The translations under genes were made by a program, and so were the position numbers. A stretch of 64,000 nucleotides of DNA from positions 192,001-256,000 of the forward strand of contig CAVRUH010000007.1 in NCBI GenBank assembly GCA_963724325.1. The letters run 5' to 3'. This DNA is from Waddliaceae bacterium. GTDB taxonomy: Bacteria > Chlamydiota > Chlamydiia > Chlamydiales > Waddliaceae. Under the pieces are notes generated by a model. It searched no databases, was not told where the DNA came from, and saw nothing but the letters and a program-made list of their open reading frames with translations. Of this stretch, positions 29,822 through 40,068 are shown one piece after another; position 1 is the first letter of the stretch, and each line of letters opens with the position of its first letter.

Positions 29822-30688
29822 ATGGATAGTTTACGAAATGGTATGTATAAAGCTTTATTAGCTTTGGATAAAGTTTGTGACTATGTTCCGGTGGTCGGTT
29901 CAATCACTAATGGTATTAATGCAGTTATCAAAAAATATATTGAAAAAAATCCTATTGGTAATAGAGTAGGTGGTCCAGATCCAAAAGAACATTATTTTAA
30001 TTACATCAAGAGTAAAGAAAACTCTCGAATGGCATTAGGGGCTATCCCTCTTGTCGGCAACGTCATACTTGGCGTAAAAGATATTGCTTCTGCTGCAAAA
30101 AAACGCAATGAGTTATTTGCTGATAATCGGGCTCAATCAATATTATCAAAACAAATGGAAACCCCTAAAGAAAAATCGGTTATAATGGACGAAAAGAAAT
30201 CATTATTTAATGAAGTTGTTCTTAGAGGACCGGAAGCTCCGGATAATCTTCATGGGCCTGGGATTCGACAGGATAGTTTTCTAGAGAAAATGTATGTAAT
30301 TGCTTGTAGATTAGATGTAGATAAAAAACCTGAAATTATCAAAGGCAGTCTTTATATTGGCGTAGGTTCAGTTGAAGTCGCACATAGGGTTGTTGTATCT
30401 AAACTTAATCAAATATTGACGATTGATGGAAATAGTGAGCAGAGGTATAAGGTATTAGATTTAAGCAAGTTGGATGTTGATCGTAAGGAAACCTTGCGTA
30501 GCTGGTTGATTGAACGGGGTACAGAACGCAGAGCTACGATAGAAAGTGAAGCAGTTATTTCTAACGATTTAGGAAGTCTGTCTGGAAATCAAAATGAAGA
30601 AGCTGCACCACGACAGGAAGAGACTATCTACGTGTTAAAAGGTGGCACTGCAATTATTTTAGATGAACCAAAGAGACTAGGTGAATAA
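29822..30688 (+). CDS. Hypothetical protein, tandem paralog A
   Basis: Shares MDxxRNGMYxALLALDKVCDYVP and YxLKGGTAIILD with 30713-31498. Confidence 0.8.
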   Translation: MDSLRNGMYKALLALDKVCDYVPVVGSITNGINAVIKKYIEKNPIGNRVGGPDPKEHYFNYIKSKENSRMALGAIPLVGNVILGVKDIASAAKKRNELFADNRAQSILSKQMETPKEKSVIMDEKKSLFNEVVLRGPEAPDNLHGPGIRQDSFLEKMYVIACRLDVDKKPEIIKGSLYIGVGSVEVAHRVVVSKLNQILTIDGNSEQRYKVLDLSKLDVDRKETLRSWLIERGTERRATIESEAVISNDLGSLSGNQNEEAAPRQEETIYVLKGGTAIILDEPKRLGE

Positions 30689-30712
30689 GAGGTAAGTAAC
30701 AGGAGGTATTAA

Positions 30713-31498
30713 ATGGATGGTATACGAAATGGGATGTATAGAGCTTTGTTAGCTTTGGATAAAGTTTGCGACTATGTGCCAATCGTCGGCTCTATTTCTA
30801 ATGGTATTGATGCGCTTATCAAAAAGTATATTGAAAAAAATCCTATAGGTGAAATGCCAAGCGCAGATCCAAAAAATCGATATTTTGAGCACATTAAAAG
30901 CAAAGATAATTCTCGAATGGTGGCAGGAGCAATCCCGCTTGTTGGGAATGCGATATTGGGTGTAAAGGATATTAATGCTGCTATACAAAAACACAAAGAG
31001 TCTAATGCTGTAAAGGAGGTTGCTGCTCCTGTTGTAAATCAAAAAACAACGAAAGATTTTCTGGAGGAGAAGAAATCATTATTTAATACAGTTATTAAAG
31101 AGTCCGAAAGTGGGCGTGTATTAACTCAAAAAATTTACGAAATTGCTTGTGGATTGCATTTAGAGAAAGACATTGATCCAAATGTTTTAGGCTCTGGTCT
31201 GACAGATATGATCCCAGCAAGTATTTTTACTCAAAAGCTAACGATTAATGGTGAAAGTGGTCAAACGTTTCGTGTGCTTGATTTAAGCCAACTGGACGAT
31301 GAGCATAAGGATGTACTGCGTAGTTGGTTGGGTGAAGGAAGCAACGCCGCTATTGAATCTGAACATCAAGATATCACATTCAAAAAAGGAGTGCCCGCAC
31401 GCGAAAATCTAGATCGAATGCCTCGATATGAAGAAAATATATACATTTTAAAGGGTGGCACAGCAATCATCTTAGATCAACCAAAAAGACCTCTGTAA
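30713..31498 (+). CDS. Hypothetical protein, tandem paralog B
   Basis: AGGAGG RBS; clear paralogy with the upstream gene. Confidence 0.8.
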   Translation: MDGIRNGMYRALLALDKVCDYVPIVGSISNGIDALIKKYIEKNPIGEMPSADPKNRYFEHIKSKDNSRMVAGAIPLVGNAILGVKDINAAIQKHKESNAVKEVAAPVVNQKTTKDFLEEKKSLFNTVIKESESGRVLTQKIYEIACGLHLEKDIDPNVLGSGLTDMIPASIFTQKLTINGESGQTFRVLDLSQLDDEHKDVLRSWLGEGSNAAIESEHQDITFKKGVPARENLDRMPRYEENIYILKGGTAIILDQPKRPL

Positions 31499-31582
31499 AA
31501 TTATTATTGTCGATTTCTGGGTGCAAGTGAGCAAGTGATTTGATATAGCAATTTTCGTTGCTGGTATACTATAATCCTGCTT

Positions 31583-34500
31583 ATGATTCCGAACTTGGTG
31601 CCTGTTGCTACATCTAGAGTTAAGCCTCTTATTGAGGTGGGTGGGAAGAAAAAGAATGAAGTGCATATTGCTTCACCTGTATCGCATCGCTCCAGCCTTC
31701 TATCGTCTTTTCTGGATTTACATCTCATTTATCCACCATTCCCTTTTGAAATAAAAAATCAGGCCATTCTCGATAGGCTCGATTCCCTGCCGGGAAGGAA
31801 ATTGCTCGATTGGGTTATCGAAAAAATAGGAAGTGCAGATGTTCTCGAATACCATTTTGTTGGCAGTGCGATCAACGATGCTTGCAAAAATGATTTTTTC
31901 CTAGATTGCCTTGCTCTGCTTAATTTGCCTGCTGAGATGAAAGAGGATATTGCCAAACTGATCGTTAAACGTACAAACGAGTTTAAGGATGTCGATTATA
32001 GAATAAGGGTCGATTCTAATGTTGATCTATTTCAACTTGCCGAGACCTTGAATAAGACGACCTTGATTCAAGCGGTGTATCGTGCTGAGGATAGAAGTTT
32101 ATTAATTATTCCTAGTGAACAAATGGATATTAAAGTTGATATTTGGGTCTACACAGGCGAAATATCCGGCTATGCTTTTTGTACAGATAACCTTCGAATC
32201 AACCTCAAGACTTACAGGATCGAAAGCGATAATCCTTGGGGTTGGTGGAGGGGTCAGGTTTTTCGTGTAATCGATTTGACGAAAAGCGGCAATCGACATC
32301 TCTTCATGAGGCTTGTTGATAAGGAAGTGAACCGTTATACAACGACGAAAGGGACAGAGTTTTTCTTTTATGACCTATGGGATCCAAACGAATATAAACG
32401 GGTTGAGGAGGTATCGGTACAACAGCTTTTCAAAAGATTGACTGTTCAACGCATATGCCTAGAGCATTGTAAAGACCAGTCTCAGTTGCTGTTTCTAATA
32501 AATCAAACCTCCCAAGTAAATGGAAAAATAACGTCGAACCGCTTTCTAAGTACATTTTTTGATGCTTTAAATTCCAAAAATAAGGTGGCCCCTTATTTAC
32601 ATGCGATTGTTAGATTGATAGCCGCAGTGGCTCTGCGTGAAAGATGGAAAAAGCTTCGTGTTAAATTGCTGAAGCATGAAGACGAATGGTATCTACGCAT
32701 GCGCCTTGAGGGTCAAGATTTATTACTCAAATTTCAACCCTATATTGATTTATCTTTGTTATCCGGCTTGGATGAAAAGACTTGGGAGTATTTGAAAAAA
32801 GTGATGCATTCTCTTTGGTTGGACGGGATTGAATTGCGTCCCGTCGACAAAAACTTCCGTTCAGAAATCAATAAATATATAGATAACGATCTTTATAAAA
32901 AGTTAAAGCAGCTGTTTTTACATGGTGTTAAGAGTGTTTCAGTAGATAAATTTATATCATCTCAACAGAAAACCCTTGCTGAATTTTTGATTCAGAATTG
33001 TACTGAGCCTGCCGAACTCCTTTGGCAGGGTTTGGAAGTATTGACAAATTATGATCAACCCGAGATCAAACGGAAACTATGTTGGGAGGCTGTGGAGAAT
33101 TGTTTGCAATATCATGGATATAATCAGGCTGCCGAGCTAGTTAGGGGGCTGCGCATGGAAAATATAGAGCCGGAGTGCGGCTATGAATTATTCTTTAACA
33201 AGCTGCTAGACGGTAATTGTAATGAATCTGTTCTTCAAACATGTAATCCATATGGTTTTGAGCTTGCTTGGGGGGAACTTGCAAAGGCAGATTCGAGAAG
33301 TCGTAAGCAAAAATTGGTTGAATTGGTGGATGCATCAGAGGCGTCTGATGAGGAATATCTTAGGATTCGCGATTTGACAAAAGTTAAGTCAGTGAAGCTT
33401 TCCGAGGCACGGCTGACATCAATCATGGATTCGCAAGAGTTAGCAGTAGTTTGTCCATTGATTGATAGGCATGATAGAATTGAATACAAAAATTTGCAAT
33501 ATTGTGAAAAGTTAAGTGGTATCATTTTGGGGGCGATTGCTTCATTGGGATATTCTTCACTCACACCTACATGGATTGCAGCTTTTTTGAAATCGGGTAG
33601 GTTCATTGGAGAAAAAAAAGATGTTTGTTCGTTTCTGGTCAAGCAGGATATTGACACAGATGTAAAATCTGAGTTGCTGCGAATGTCTGGAATTCATGAT
33701 AAAGACCTTTGGAGACATATTGTAGGGGAATATTTACGAAATAAAGGCGAATGGCCGAATGATTTCACTATTGGTGGTATGCCGTCGGAAACATTAAGCG
33801 CCTGGTGCACGATTATTCAAAATGCGGAGAAAACCGATAAGATTATACCAATTATCTCAAAGTTAGATGATGAATATGGTCTTAAAAAAGTTGTTCTATT
33901 ACATCTTTTGAAGGGATGGGGGAAGAAGCAAATCCATCATTCTGTGTTAACTCTTCTTGATACAACAAAAGATAAGCTTCCCTGGGAAGAGATTGTCAAA
34001 GAGGCAAATAGTCCTCTCGACATTCTGACGAATCTAAAGGAAGCTAATAGAGGTGTGTTTAATGTTTTTCCGGCCCTAATGAGTGTTGTAAATCCTAAAA
34101 ATGCTGAATTTCTTTTTTCGTGGTGGATTACAAAAAAAATGGATCAACTTGAGCATGAGCAGGCTTTGAGATGCTGTGGAGATAAATGGATCAAAGAATG
34201 CCTTATGTTAAATCCTAAGAAGGCTCTCACATTTTTAAAGAAAATCGCTTGTCCTAAAACGATCACATTTGTGATAGAGGTAGCTGGTGCAAGGGATAAT
34301 ATTGATAAAGATTTATTTGAGTTACTTTTGAGGGCATCATTTGATGTAAATGATCACGGTAAAACAACAGATTATGTGCTTGATAACTCACCAGCAAAGA
34401 CCATTCAAAATGTTGAACTCGCTGCACAGGTAGTTATGTATGCCGATCAATTATTGCGAAATCCACAGGGTAACCTGCATGCTATCGGTAGATTATGGGC

Positions 34501-37500
34501 TCTTATTCCAAAAATCTTTATTCCAAAAGATATGCCTCCGCTTGCACCTTCTCATCGATTGCTGGCCTTATCTAAAGCAGGGTATATGCCGATTGTGATT
34601 ATGATGCTTCACGAAAGCAATTCTATGGAAAGAAAAAAAGTTGAGCCGAAACTCTATTGTGAAATCGTGCGCAAACTGCAAGACTCTGAACGGAAAATTG
34701 AGCTCCTCTCAGGTTGTCGGGTTTCATCACCAGCTCTTCAGGACATTTGGTATAATATTGCATTTGCTGGAGAGCCGCGCAGGCCCATTCGCTGTAAATT
34801 AAATTTGGTAACTATTGGCCATCAAGTTGGCATTGCTGCAGATGTCGTTCAATCTTTTGCAGTAGACGTGCTTCAAAACATCCATTTCAATACAGATATT
34901 GAATTGAGCCTTATTGATTCAGTTTATCAATTGCTCGATGTCATTAAGACCCCTGAAATATTTAAACTTTGGGAGGCCCTGGAAAAGACAGGCAAAATTT
35001 CGAAAGGAAAATTATGGAGTTCGGCTCTTTCCATTATCAAAAATAGTCAGAATGCTCCTCAATCTGCATTAGTTTACTGGTTAGCTGATAACATAAATCA
35101 TGGTAGTTCAGAAGAATTTTTTGTATTGATGCAAACTTTATTACCCAAATTACCTGAGGAATTGACTCACAAAATCGCTAATGGATTCCTTAAAGCTCTC
35201 GCTGTATCAGGGCATGCCCAAGCCAAAGAGCTCTTTTGGAAGTACACAAAAGGAACCTCTGTTACTATGGAGGAATTAGAGGCCCTTGACCCAAATTACG
35301 AGCAAACTAAATTGCTTTTGAATGCGATGATTGACCGCTGTAAACCCAATTCAGAAAATGTTAAAAGTATCTTGCTTGTTTGCCGCATATATGCTGCTTG
35401 CTTTACTGAACATCGATACTGGGCCGATGTTCAGAATATGACACGACAGTTGGTTATTCTGCTTATTAAAATTCTACCTTTTGCCCAAGATGAGAATATA
35501 ACTGTTATACTTGATTATGTAGCTTTTCTGTCAACACATGCCTCTTTTCACAAAATGCAAGATGCTGAGCAAATACTTCTCGATAATTTTGAATTTCTTT
35601 CCCATAATTGTCTGTCATTGATAACTACGGCAATTTATGCAGAAAAGTACATGTGGAATAAGCGTTGGGATTTTATTAAACTTCTTATTGATTCAGGTGT
35701 AGAAACAAAAATATTTTTGGCTGTGGTTTTAATTGAGCGAGAACCTGAAACGATTATTCGATTAGATGGAGCCATGTTTCAAAGGTTGTTTGGGATCACT
35801 CTTCTTAAAGAAAAATGTCTTAAAATTATCGATAAGGCTTTAAATCCAAAGCAACAATATATATTTCAACTTATCGTATTTAGGGAAGAACTCAAAATGC
35901 AAAAAGAAAACTCTTTGCCATTTCTTTTAATCTATATACAAAAACTTATTTTTCTGGTGAAGGATGATTCAGTTTTACCTCTTAAACCTTTTCTTCCGCC
36001 TTTGCTGCATTGCATATTTCAGGCCAAAGACGGGAGGGACCTCTTAATATTCGACAAGCTTAAGCAAGGAATTATTGGGAGACAGAATTCTATTGAAACT
36101 TCATTGTTAATGCTAGTAGAAGCCAAGAAGACAGATAATGAAAATATCCGTATTGAAATTTTTGAATATGTTTGTACGACGCTAGAAAGAGAGCGTATTA
36201 CCAAGCCTGAAGACTATAACCTTCTAATTGATATTTACAAAGTCTTAGAGCTGGCATCGATTCTAGTGCATACACATGACTCATTATGTAAATTTATTAA
36301 ACGCCTAAGTAAGGCTAGGAGGAAAATTGAAACATCCCCTTACAATGAAATAGAGATCCAGCGGTTGTTTGTTGCGACTCTTATGCTGAATAGCGAATTT
36401 CATAGATTCTGTCCTTCTATGAAACTTCAGGTACGATTCATTGTGGATATTATTATGGAGTTGAAGAATTATAAAACCCAGTCCACCGTAGATTTCTTGC
36501 AGCATATTATGTTTATTACTGCTGATCATGTGCTCTATCAATTTCCAGATGCATTTTCACTTTGCAATGAGATATTTCTAGAAGCATATTTAAGCTATTA
36601 TAGCACTGATCTGCTAAAACCACGCCTTAGATATCTCTTTAAGCATCTCGTTATTCAGATTCCCAAAGATAGGGCAGCACGCGAAATTAGCATTTGTAGA
36701 TTTAAAGTTGTTTTATCAACAATAACGCGTATCCTTCAGTTGCATCCTCAAATCCTTCCAGACTTAATTGAATATATTCATCAGGATATCGTCACACTGT
36801 ACAAAGAACATGAAGTGGATCCCTGGGATAGGCTCATTGCCATCTTATTTAAGGAATGTTCAGAGCAGGGGAAGGACGACTCGTATAAATCTCTTGCCTA
36901 TCTCCTTCAAACGCGTCCCTCAGGCGTGGTCCGAGTTGAAAGATTTCCGTTGGATTGCCAAGAAATAGTCCGAAACATACCTTTAATAGTTAATTGTGAA
37001 GAAAGAGTACATCATCTTTCTCGAAAAAAAAATGTTGATGTATTTGAGGAACTGAATTCCATATGGGATGAATTCCTCGATACCTTACCTGAAATGGTGA
37101 CTTCATATTTAATGAAAAGATCAATCAGATTTATACGTGAATTATTGAAAATTGTTTCAGAGCAAATTACCTCTAATTCAAAATCTGCTATAGAATTTCT
37201 TTTTAGGATCAGTAGCTCAGTCCAAACACAAAGGACTGATTATGCCTTTGGAGTAATGATGTCCCTAGCAGAAATATATAGGCCTGAAATCACTGGCGTT
37301 CTTTCTTGGCATGGCAAATTAAACCTTGAAGAGGCCAATTTTGTCATAGCGGAATCACAATGCCAGCTAATGAAATATGTGCCCTGGCCACAATATAAAT
37401 TTCCTGTACCATTATTTAAAGTGTTCATCGATTTTTACTTCAAACAATTTCTTCAAGAAAAACATCATGCTCCTGCATATATTGCAGACAGTGTTCGTGT

Positions 37501-38149
37501 CAAATTTACCTATGTTTATATAGGTGCTCTAAATGGCATGCTCATGAATTATAAAGAGCAAAAAGATAAACCGAAGTTTATGAGTAATTTGGGTAAGCTT
37601 GAACAAGTGCGTGGTCTTATAAGCAAAATAAAAATAAAAGTCGTTAATCATTTTGATTTACTTTTGCTTTTAACTTGTAATCATATAGAGTTTTTAAAAG
37701 ACAAGGAATTGGCAGAATTTATTTTAGATTTAATCTATCATAATTTTTCGAATTTTCATCCAACGATAAGCTCTGATATTATTTGTCAAAATCTTGCAAA
37801 ATTCGCAGTCCTTGCCTTTATGTACGGTCCCGATAAAGATACAGATAAGATTCCTAATAAATTTCAAAGAGCTGCATTTTTTAAGTCGGACCAAATTTCT
37901 CAAAAGTCCATACCCTTAGGAAAAGCTCCTGATATTAGCGCCGAATGTATGATCGCAGGAGCTTCTCTGCGGGTGATCACAAATGGTAAATTTGATGATG
38001 ATACGAGTCTTGAAATCAGGAGAGCAAGTTGTCAGAAAATTGAATGGATACTCCAAGATCTAAAAATTGACGAAATGCAAACAAGCGACTGGTATCGATG
38101 TTGGAAAGCTAAATTCAACACCATCAAAGATGCCCTTAAGGGCACCTGA
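31583..38149 (+). CDS. Giant 2188-aa protein; N-terminal nucleotidyltransferase-like motifs followed by a predicted helical solenoid
   Basis: Uninterrupted 6.5-kb ORF with HFVGS...KDVDYR...VDIWV near the N-terminus. Confidence 0.75.
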   Translation: MIPNLVPVATSRVKPLIEVGGKKKNEVHIASPVSHRSSLLSSFLDLHLIYPPFPFEIKNQAILDRLDSLPGRKLLDWVIEKIGSADVLEYHFVGSAINDACKNDFFLDCLALLNLPAEMKEDIAKLIVKRTNEFKDVDYRIRVDSNVDLFQLAETLNKTTLIQAVYRAEDRSLLIIPSEQMDIKVDIWVYTGEISGYAFCTDNLRINLKTYRIESDNPWGWWRGQVFRVIDLTKSGNRHLFMRLVDKEVNRYTTTKGTEFFFYDLWDPNEYKRVEEVSVQQLFKRLTVQRICLEHCKDQSQLLFLINQTSQVNGKITSNRFLSTFFDALNSKNKVAPYLHAIVRLIAAVALRERWKKLRVKLLKHEDEWYLRMRLEGQDLLLKFQPYIDLSLLSGLDEKTWEYLKKVMHSLWLDGIELRPVDKNFRSEINKYIDNDLYKKLKQLFLHGVKSVSVDKFISSQQKTLAEFLIQNCTEPAELLWQGLEVLTNYDQPEIKRKLCWEAVENCLQYHGYNQAAELVRGLRMENIEPECGYELFFNKLLDGNCNESVLQTCNPYGFELAWGELAKADSRSRKQKLVELVDASEASDEEYLRIRDLTKVKSVKLSEARLTSIMDSQELAVVCPLIDRHDRIEYKNLQYCEKLSGIILGAIASLGYSSLTPTWIAAFLKSGRFIGEKKDVCSFLVKQDIDTDVKSELLRMSGIHDKDLWRHIVGEYLRNKGEWPNDFTIGGMPSETLSAWCTIIQNAEKTDKIIPIISKLDDEYGLKKVVLLHLLKGWGKKQIHHSVLTLLDTTKDKLPWEEIVKEANSPLDILTNLKEANRGVFNVFPALMSVVNPKNAEFLFSWWITKKMDQLEHEQALRCCGDKWIKECLMLNPKKALTFLKKIACPKTITFVIEVAGARDNIDKDLFELLLRASFDVNDHGKTTDYVLDNSPAKTIQNVELAAQVVMYADQLLRNPQGNLHAIGRLWALIPKIFIPKDMPPLAPSHRLLALSKAGYMPIVIMMLHESNSMERKKVEPKLYCEIVRKLQDSERKIELLSGCRVSSPALQDIWYNIAFAGEPRRPIRCKLNLVTIGHQVGIAADVVQSFAVDVLQNIHFNTDIELSLIDSVYQLLDVIKTPEIFKLWEALEKTGKISKGKLWSSALSIIKNSQNAPQSALVYWLADNINHGSSEEFFVLMQTLLPKLPEELTHKIANGFLKALAVSGHAQAKELFWKYTKGTSVTMEELEALDPNYEQTKLLLNAMIDRCKPNSENVKSILLVCRIYAACFTEHRYWADVQNMTRQLVILLIKILPFAQDENITVILDYVAFLSTHASFHKMQDAEQILLDNFEFLSHNCLSLITTAIYAEKYMWNKRWDFIKLLIDSGVETKIFLAVVLIEREPETIIRLDGAMFQRLFGITLLKEKCLKIIDKALNPKQQYIFQLIVFREELKMQKENSLPFLLIYIQKLIFLVKDDSVLPLKPFLPPLLHCIFQAKDGRDLLIFDKLKQGIIGRQNSIETSLLMLVEAKKTDNENIRIEIFEYVCTTLERERITKPEDYNLLIDIYKVLELASILVHTHDSLCKFIKRLSKARRKIETSPYNEIEIQRLFVATLMLNSEFHRFCPSMKLQVRFIVDIIMELKNYKTQSTVDFLQHIMFITADHVLYQFPDAFSLCNEIFLEAYLSYYSTDLLKPRLRYLFKHLVIQIPKDRAAREISICRFKVVLSTITRILQLHPQILPDLIEYIHQDIVTLYKEHEVDPWDRLIAILFKECSEQGKDDSYKSLAYLLQTRPSGVVRVERFPLDCQEIVRNIPLIVNCEERVHHLSRKKNVDVFEELNSIWDEFLDTLPEMVTSYLMKRSIRFIRELLKIVSEQITSNSKSAIEFLFRISSSVQTQRTDYAFGVMMSLAEIYRPEITGVLSWHGKLNLEEANFVIAESQCQLMKYVPWPQYKFPVPLFKVFIDFYFKQFLQEKHHAPAYIADSVRVKFTYVYIGALNGMLMNYKEQKDKPKFMSNLGKLEQVRGLISKIKIKVVNHFDLLLLLTCNHIEFLKDKELAEFILDLIYHNFSNFHPTISSDIICQNLAKFAVLAFMYGPDKDTDKIPNKFQRAAFFKSDQISQKSIPLGKAPDISAECMIAGASLRVITNGKFDDDTSLEIRRASCQKIEWILQDLKIDEMQTSDWYRCWKAKFNTIKDALKGT

Positions 38150-38167
38150 CAGCTTATTTTCTTCCTA

Positions 38168-38244
38168 TTTTCTTCCTATCCTTCATATCCTGCCGCTTGC
38201 GATCATGCGTATCCTGTTATTCCCTTCTTATCCTTCGTATCCTG
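38168..38244. repeat. REP-like repeat, left part (one full arm plus half of the interrupted arm)
   Basis: cttcctatccttcatatcctgccgcttgcgatcatgcgtatcctgtt matches the hairpin arms at 24.5-24.8 kb. Confidence 0.9.
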
Positions 38245-39832
38245 CCCCATCACTACTCAATTGGCAATTTTCATAAAGCATTTTCGGTGATATGCAATGC
38301 ATGATTTTTACCTCGCCTTTGGTTATGATAATTTTTTCAACTATTAAACGCACTAGTTTTTGCTTCTCATTGAATGGCAAATCTGGAGCCGATTTTTTAA
38401 CTCTTTCTAAAATACTTTCAAAAGCATGCTCCCAACCGGATCCTATTTCTTTCATAAGTTTTAAATTTAATCGTTCCTTTTTCTCGTTCTCAAGTTCGCC
38501 TCTTCTTTTTTCTAACCCCTGGGCTCTTTGACTTAGAGAAGTTAAATCTAATAAACCACTTTGATATGCATCTAAAAGTCGCTCTCGTTCTTTTATAAGC
38601 TTTTCTAATTCTTTTCTCATCGAAATTTCCTGCCTCTCGATTTCCTCGATATTTCCGCTTTCCTTTTCTCTTCTTTTAAACTCTTCCTGCAACATAAATG
38701 GATTTTGAAGCATTTGAATTATTTCATTATAGACCAAATCATCGAGCTCATCCTGCTGTATATATCCATTAGAACATTTTGGTATTTTATTATCCGAATG
38801 GCTTCGACAATGATAATAATTTTTACTTATTCCCTTATATCTTCTCATTCTTTTATAAAATTGACAACCACATTCGCCGCACGTGATTAATCCTTGAAGC
38901 AAGGAAGGTTCTTTGGTATTTCTTAAGGCTAATTCTTTATTTTTATTTATATATTCCTGTGCTGTTTCAAAATCACTTTCACTAATTATAATTGGAATAT
39001 TTATCTCGTACCAAGAGTCTTCATTAGTTTTTTTTCGTGGATTTTTTGGCTTCAGCCGTCTTAAGCCTTTATAATGCCTTATTTTATCTATACCCTCATA
39101 CTTTTCTGATTTACCATAGGCTGCAGTGCCTATATAAGCCTTATTTTTTAATATCCCTAAGATGGTTGCTGGAAACCAATAGGAATTTCCTTTTGGGCTT
39201 TTAATTTGGACCTCGCTCAACCTTCGACAAATTCCATTTAATGAAAGCCTCTCATGAACATATAAATAAAATATTTTTCTTACAACATTCGCGTCTGTTT
39301 CAACGATTTCAATCACCGTTTGACGTTCATTTTTTATCCTCTGATAGCCATATGGTAGCTTAGGAAGAATAGCTGGATCTCCGCTTTTTGCTTTATGAAT
39401 AGTACCTCGACGAGATCGATCTAATATTAATGCTCTTTCATATTCAGCAAAAATCCCCTGAAAATGAGTAAACATTATTGCTTCAGGAGTGTCACCTTGA
39501 GGAACATTTCTAATGAAAAGAACCTTCACTCCACATCGTCGAAATTCATCTAACAAAATAAGTTGATGAGGATAATTTCTGGCTAACCTATCTGGTGCAT
39601 AGATCAAAATCGCGTCGACAGACTCTGTTCGTATCAAATCTCGTAAATCATCTAAAGCAGGTCTTTGAAGACTTTGACCACTTATACCGTTATCAAGAAA
39701 AAGCCACGTTTCTGGAATTTGATATCCTTCTTTGAGTCCAAATTCTCGAAGAACCAATTCTTGACTTTCGATCGTTTCATCTTCTTTTTGCTTCTGTGAG
39801 GAGACTCTGGCATATATTGCGGCTTTCTTCAT
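38228..39832 (-). CDS. Large serine recombinase (resolvase, recombinase and zinc-ribbon domains)
   Basis: YARVSS catalytic Ser, DRLAR, PYGY, CGECG...YYHC...C zinc ribbon and coiled coil; GGAG RBS. Confidence 0.95.
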   Translation of the reverse strand: MKKAAIYARVSSQKQKEDETIESQELVLREFGLKEGYQIPETWLFLDNGISGQSLQRPALDDLRDLIRTESVDAILIYAPDRLARNYPHQLILLDEFRRCGVKVLFIRNVPQGDTPEAIMFTHFQGIFAEYERALILDRSRRGTIHKAKSGDPAILPKLPYGYQRIKNERQTVIEIVETDANVVRKIFYLYVHERLSLNGICRRLSEVQIKSPKGNSYWFPATILGILKNKAYIGTAAYGKSEKYEGIDKIRHYKGLRRLKPKNPRKKTNEDSWYEINIPIIISESDFETAQEYINKNKELALRNTKEPSLLQGLITCGECGCQFYKRMRRYKGISKNYYHCRSHSDNKIPKCSNGYIQQDELDDLVYNEIIQMLQNPFMLQEEFKRREKESGNIEEIERQEISMRKELEKLIKERERLLDAYQSGLLDLTSLSQRAQGLEKRRGELENEKKERLNLKLMKEIGSGWEHAFESILERVKKSAPDLPFNEKQKLVRLIVEKIIITKGEVKIMHCISPKMLYENCQLSSDGAGYEG

Positions 39833-40068
39833 GATGGAGCTCCTGATTGATGGATGACCGAATTGATATTGTGCTGTTGAGCAATATCGCTAAGCCCTTG
39901 ATTAATTTTGCTCTTTGATTCCTCTGAGGGTGATATTCGAGTACAATTTTTTGGACTTTGATGCATTTTGACAATGTTCTGAGCCTTGTTTCGAGAAGAA
40001 TATTTACCGATTGTACTTCTATCAAACATTTTCTCAAAACAAATTTTGCCAATTGAGTATTGATGGGG
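38245..40068 (-). mobile_element. Minimal large-serine-recombinase mobile element with 23-bp terminal IRs, flanked by a duplicated TG
   Basis: IRs ccccatcactactcaattggcaa (38245-38267) and ttgccaattgagtattgatgggg (40046-40068) match at 22/23. TG at 38243-44 and 40069-70. Removing the element restores atcc-TG-ccgcttgcgatc. Confidence 0.92.
39777..39980 (-). CDS. Small ORF upstream of and overlapping the recombinase start (possible accessory or directionality factor); start uncertain
   Basis: The frame of ORF 39777-40088 inside the element reads KIVLEYHPQRNQRAKLIKGLAILL...HEESRNIC. Its track start lies outside the IR. Confidence 0.4.
   Translation of the reverse strand, partial: RTLSKCIKVQKIVLEYHPQRNQRAKLIKGLAILLNSTISIRSSINQELHHEESRNICQSLLTEAKRR

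Noticed and set aside
38245..40068. Prophage or ICE integrase marking a larger island
   Set aside because: The IRs and TG cores delimit only 1.8 kb, and no phage or conjugation genes are nearby.
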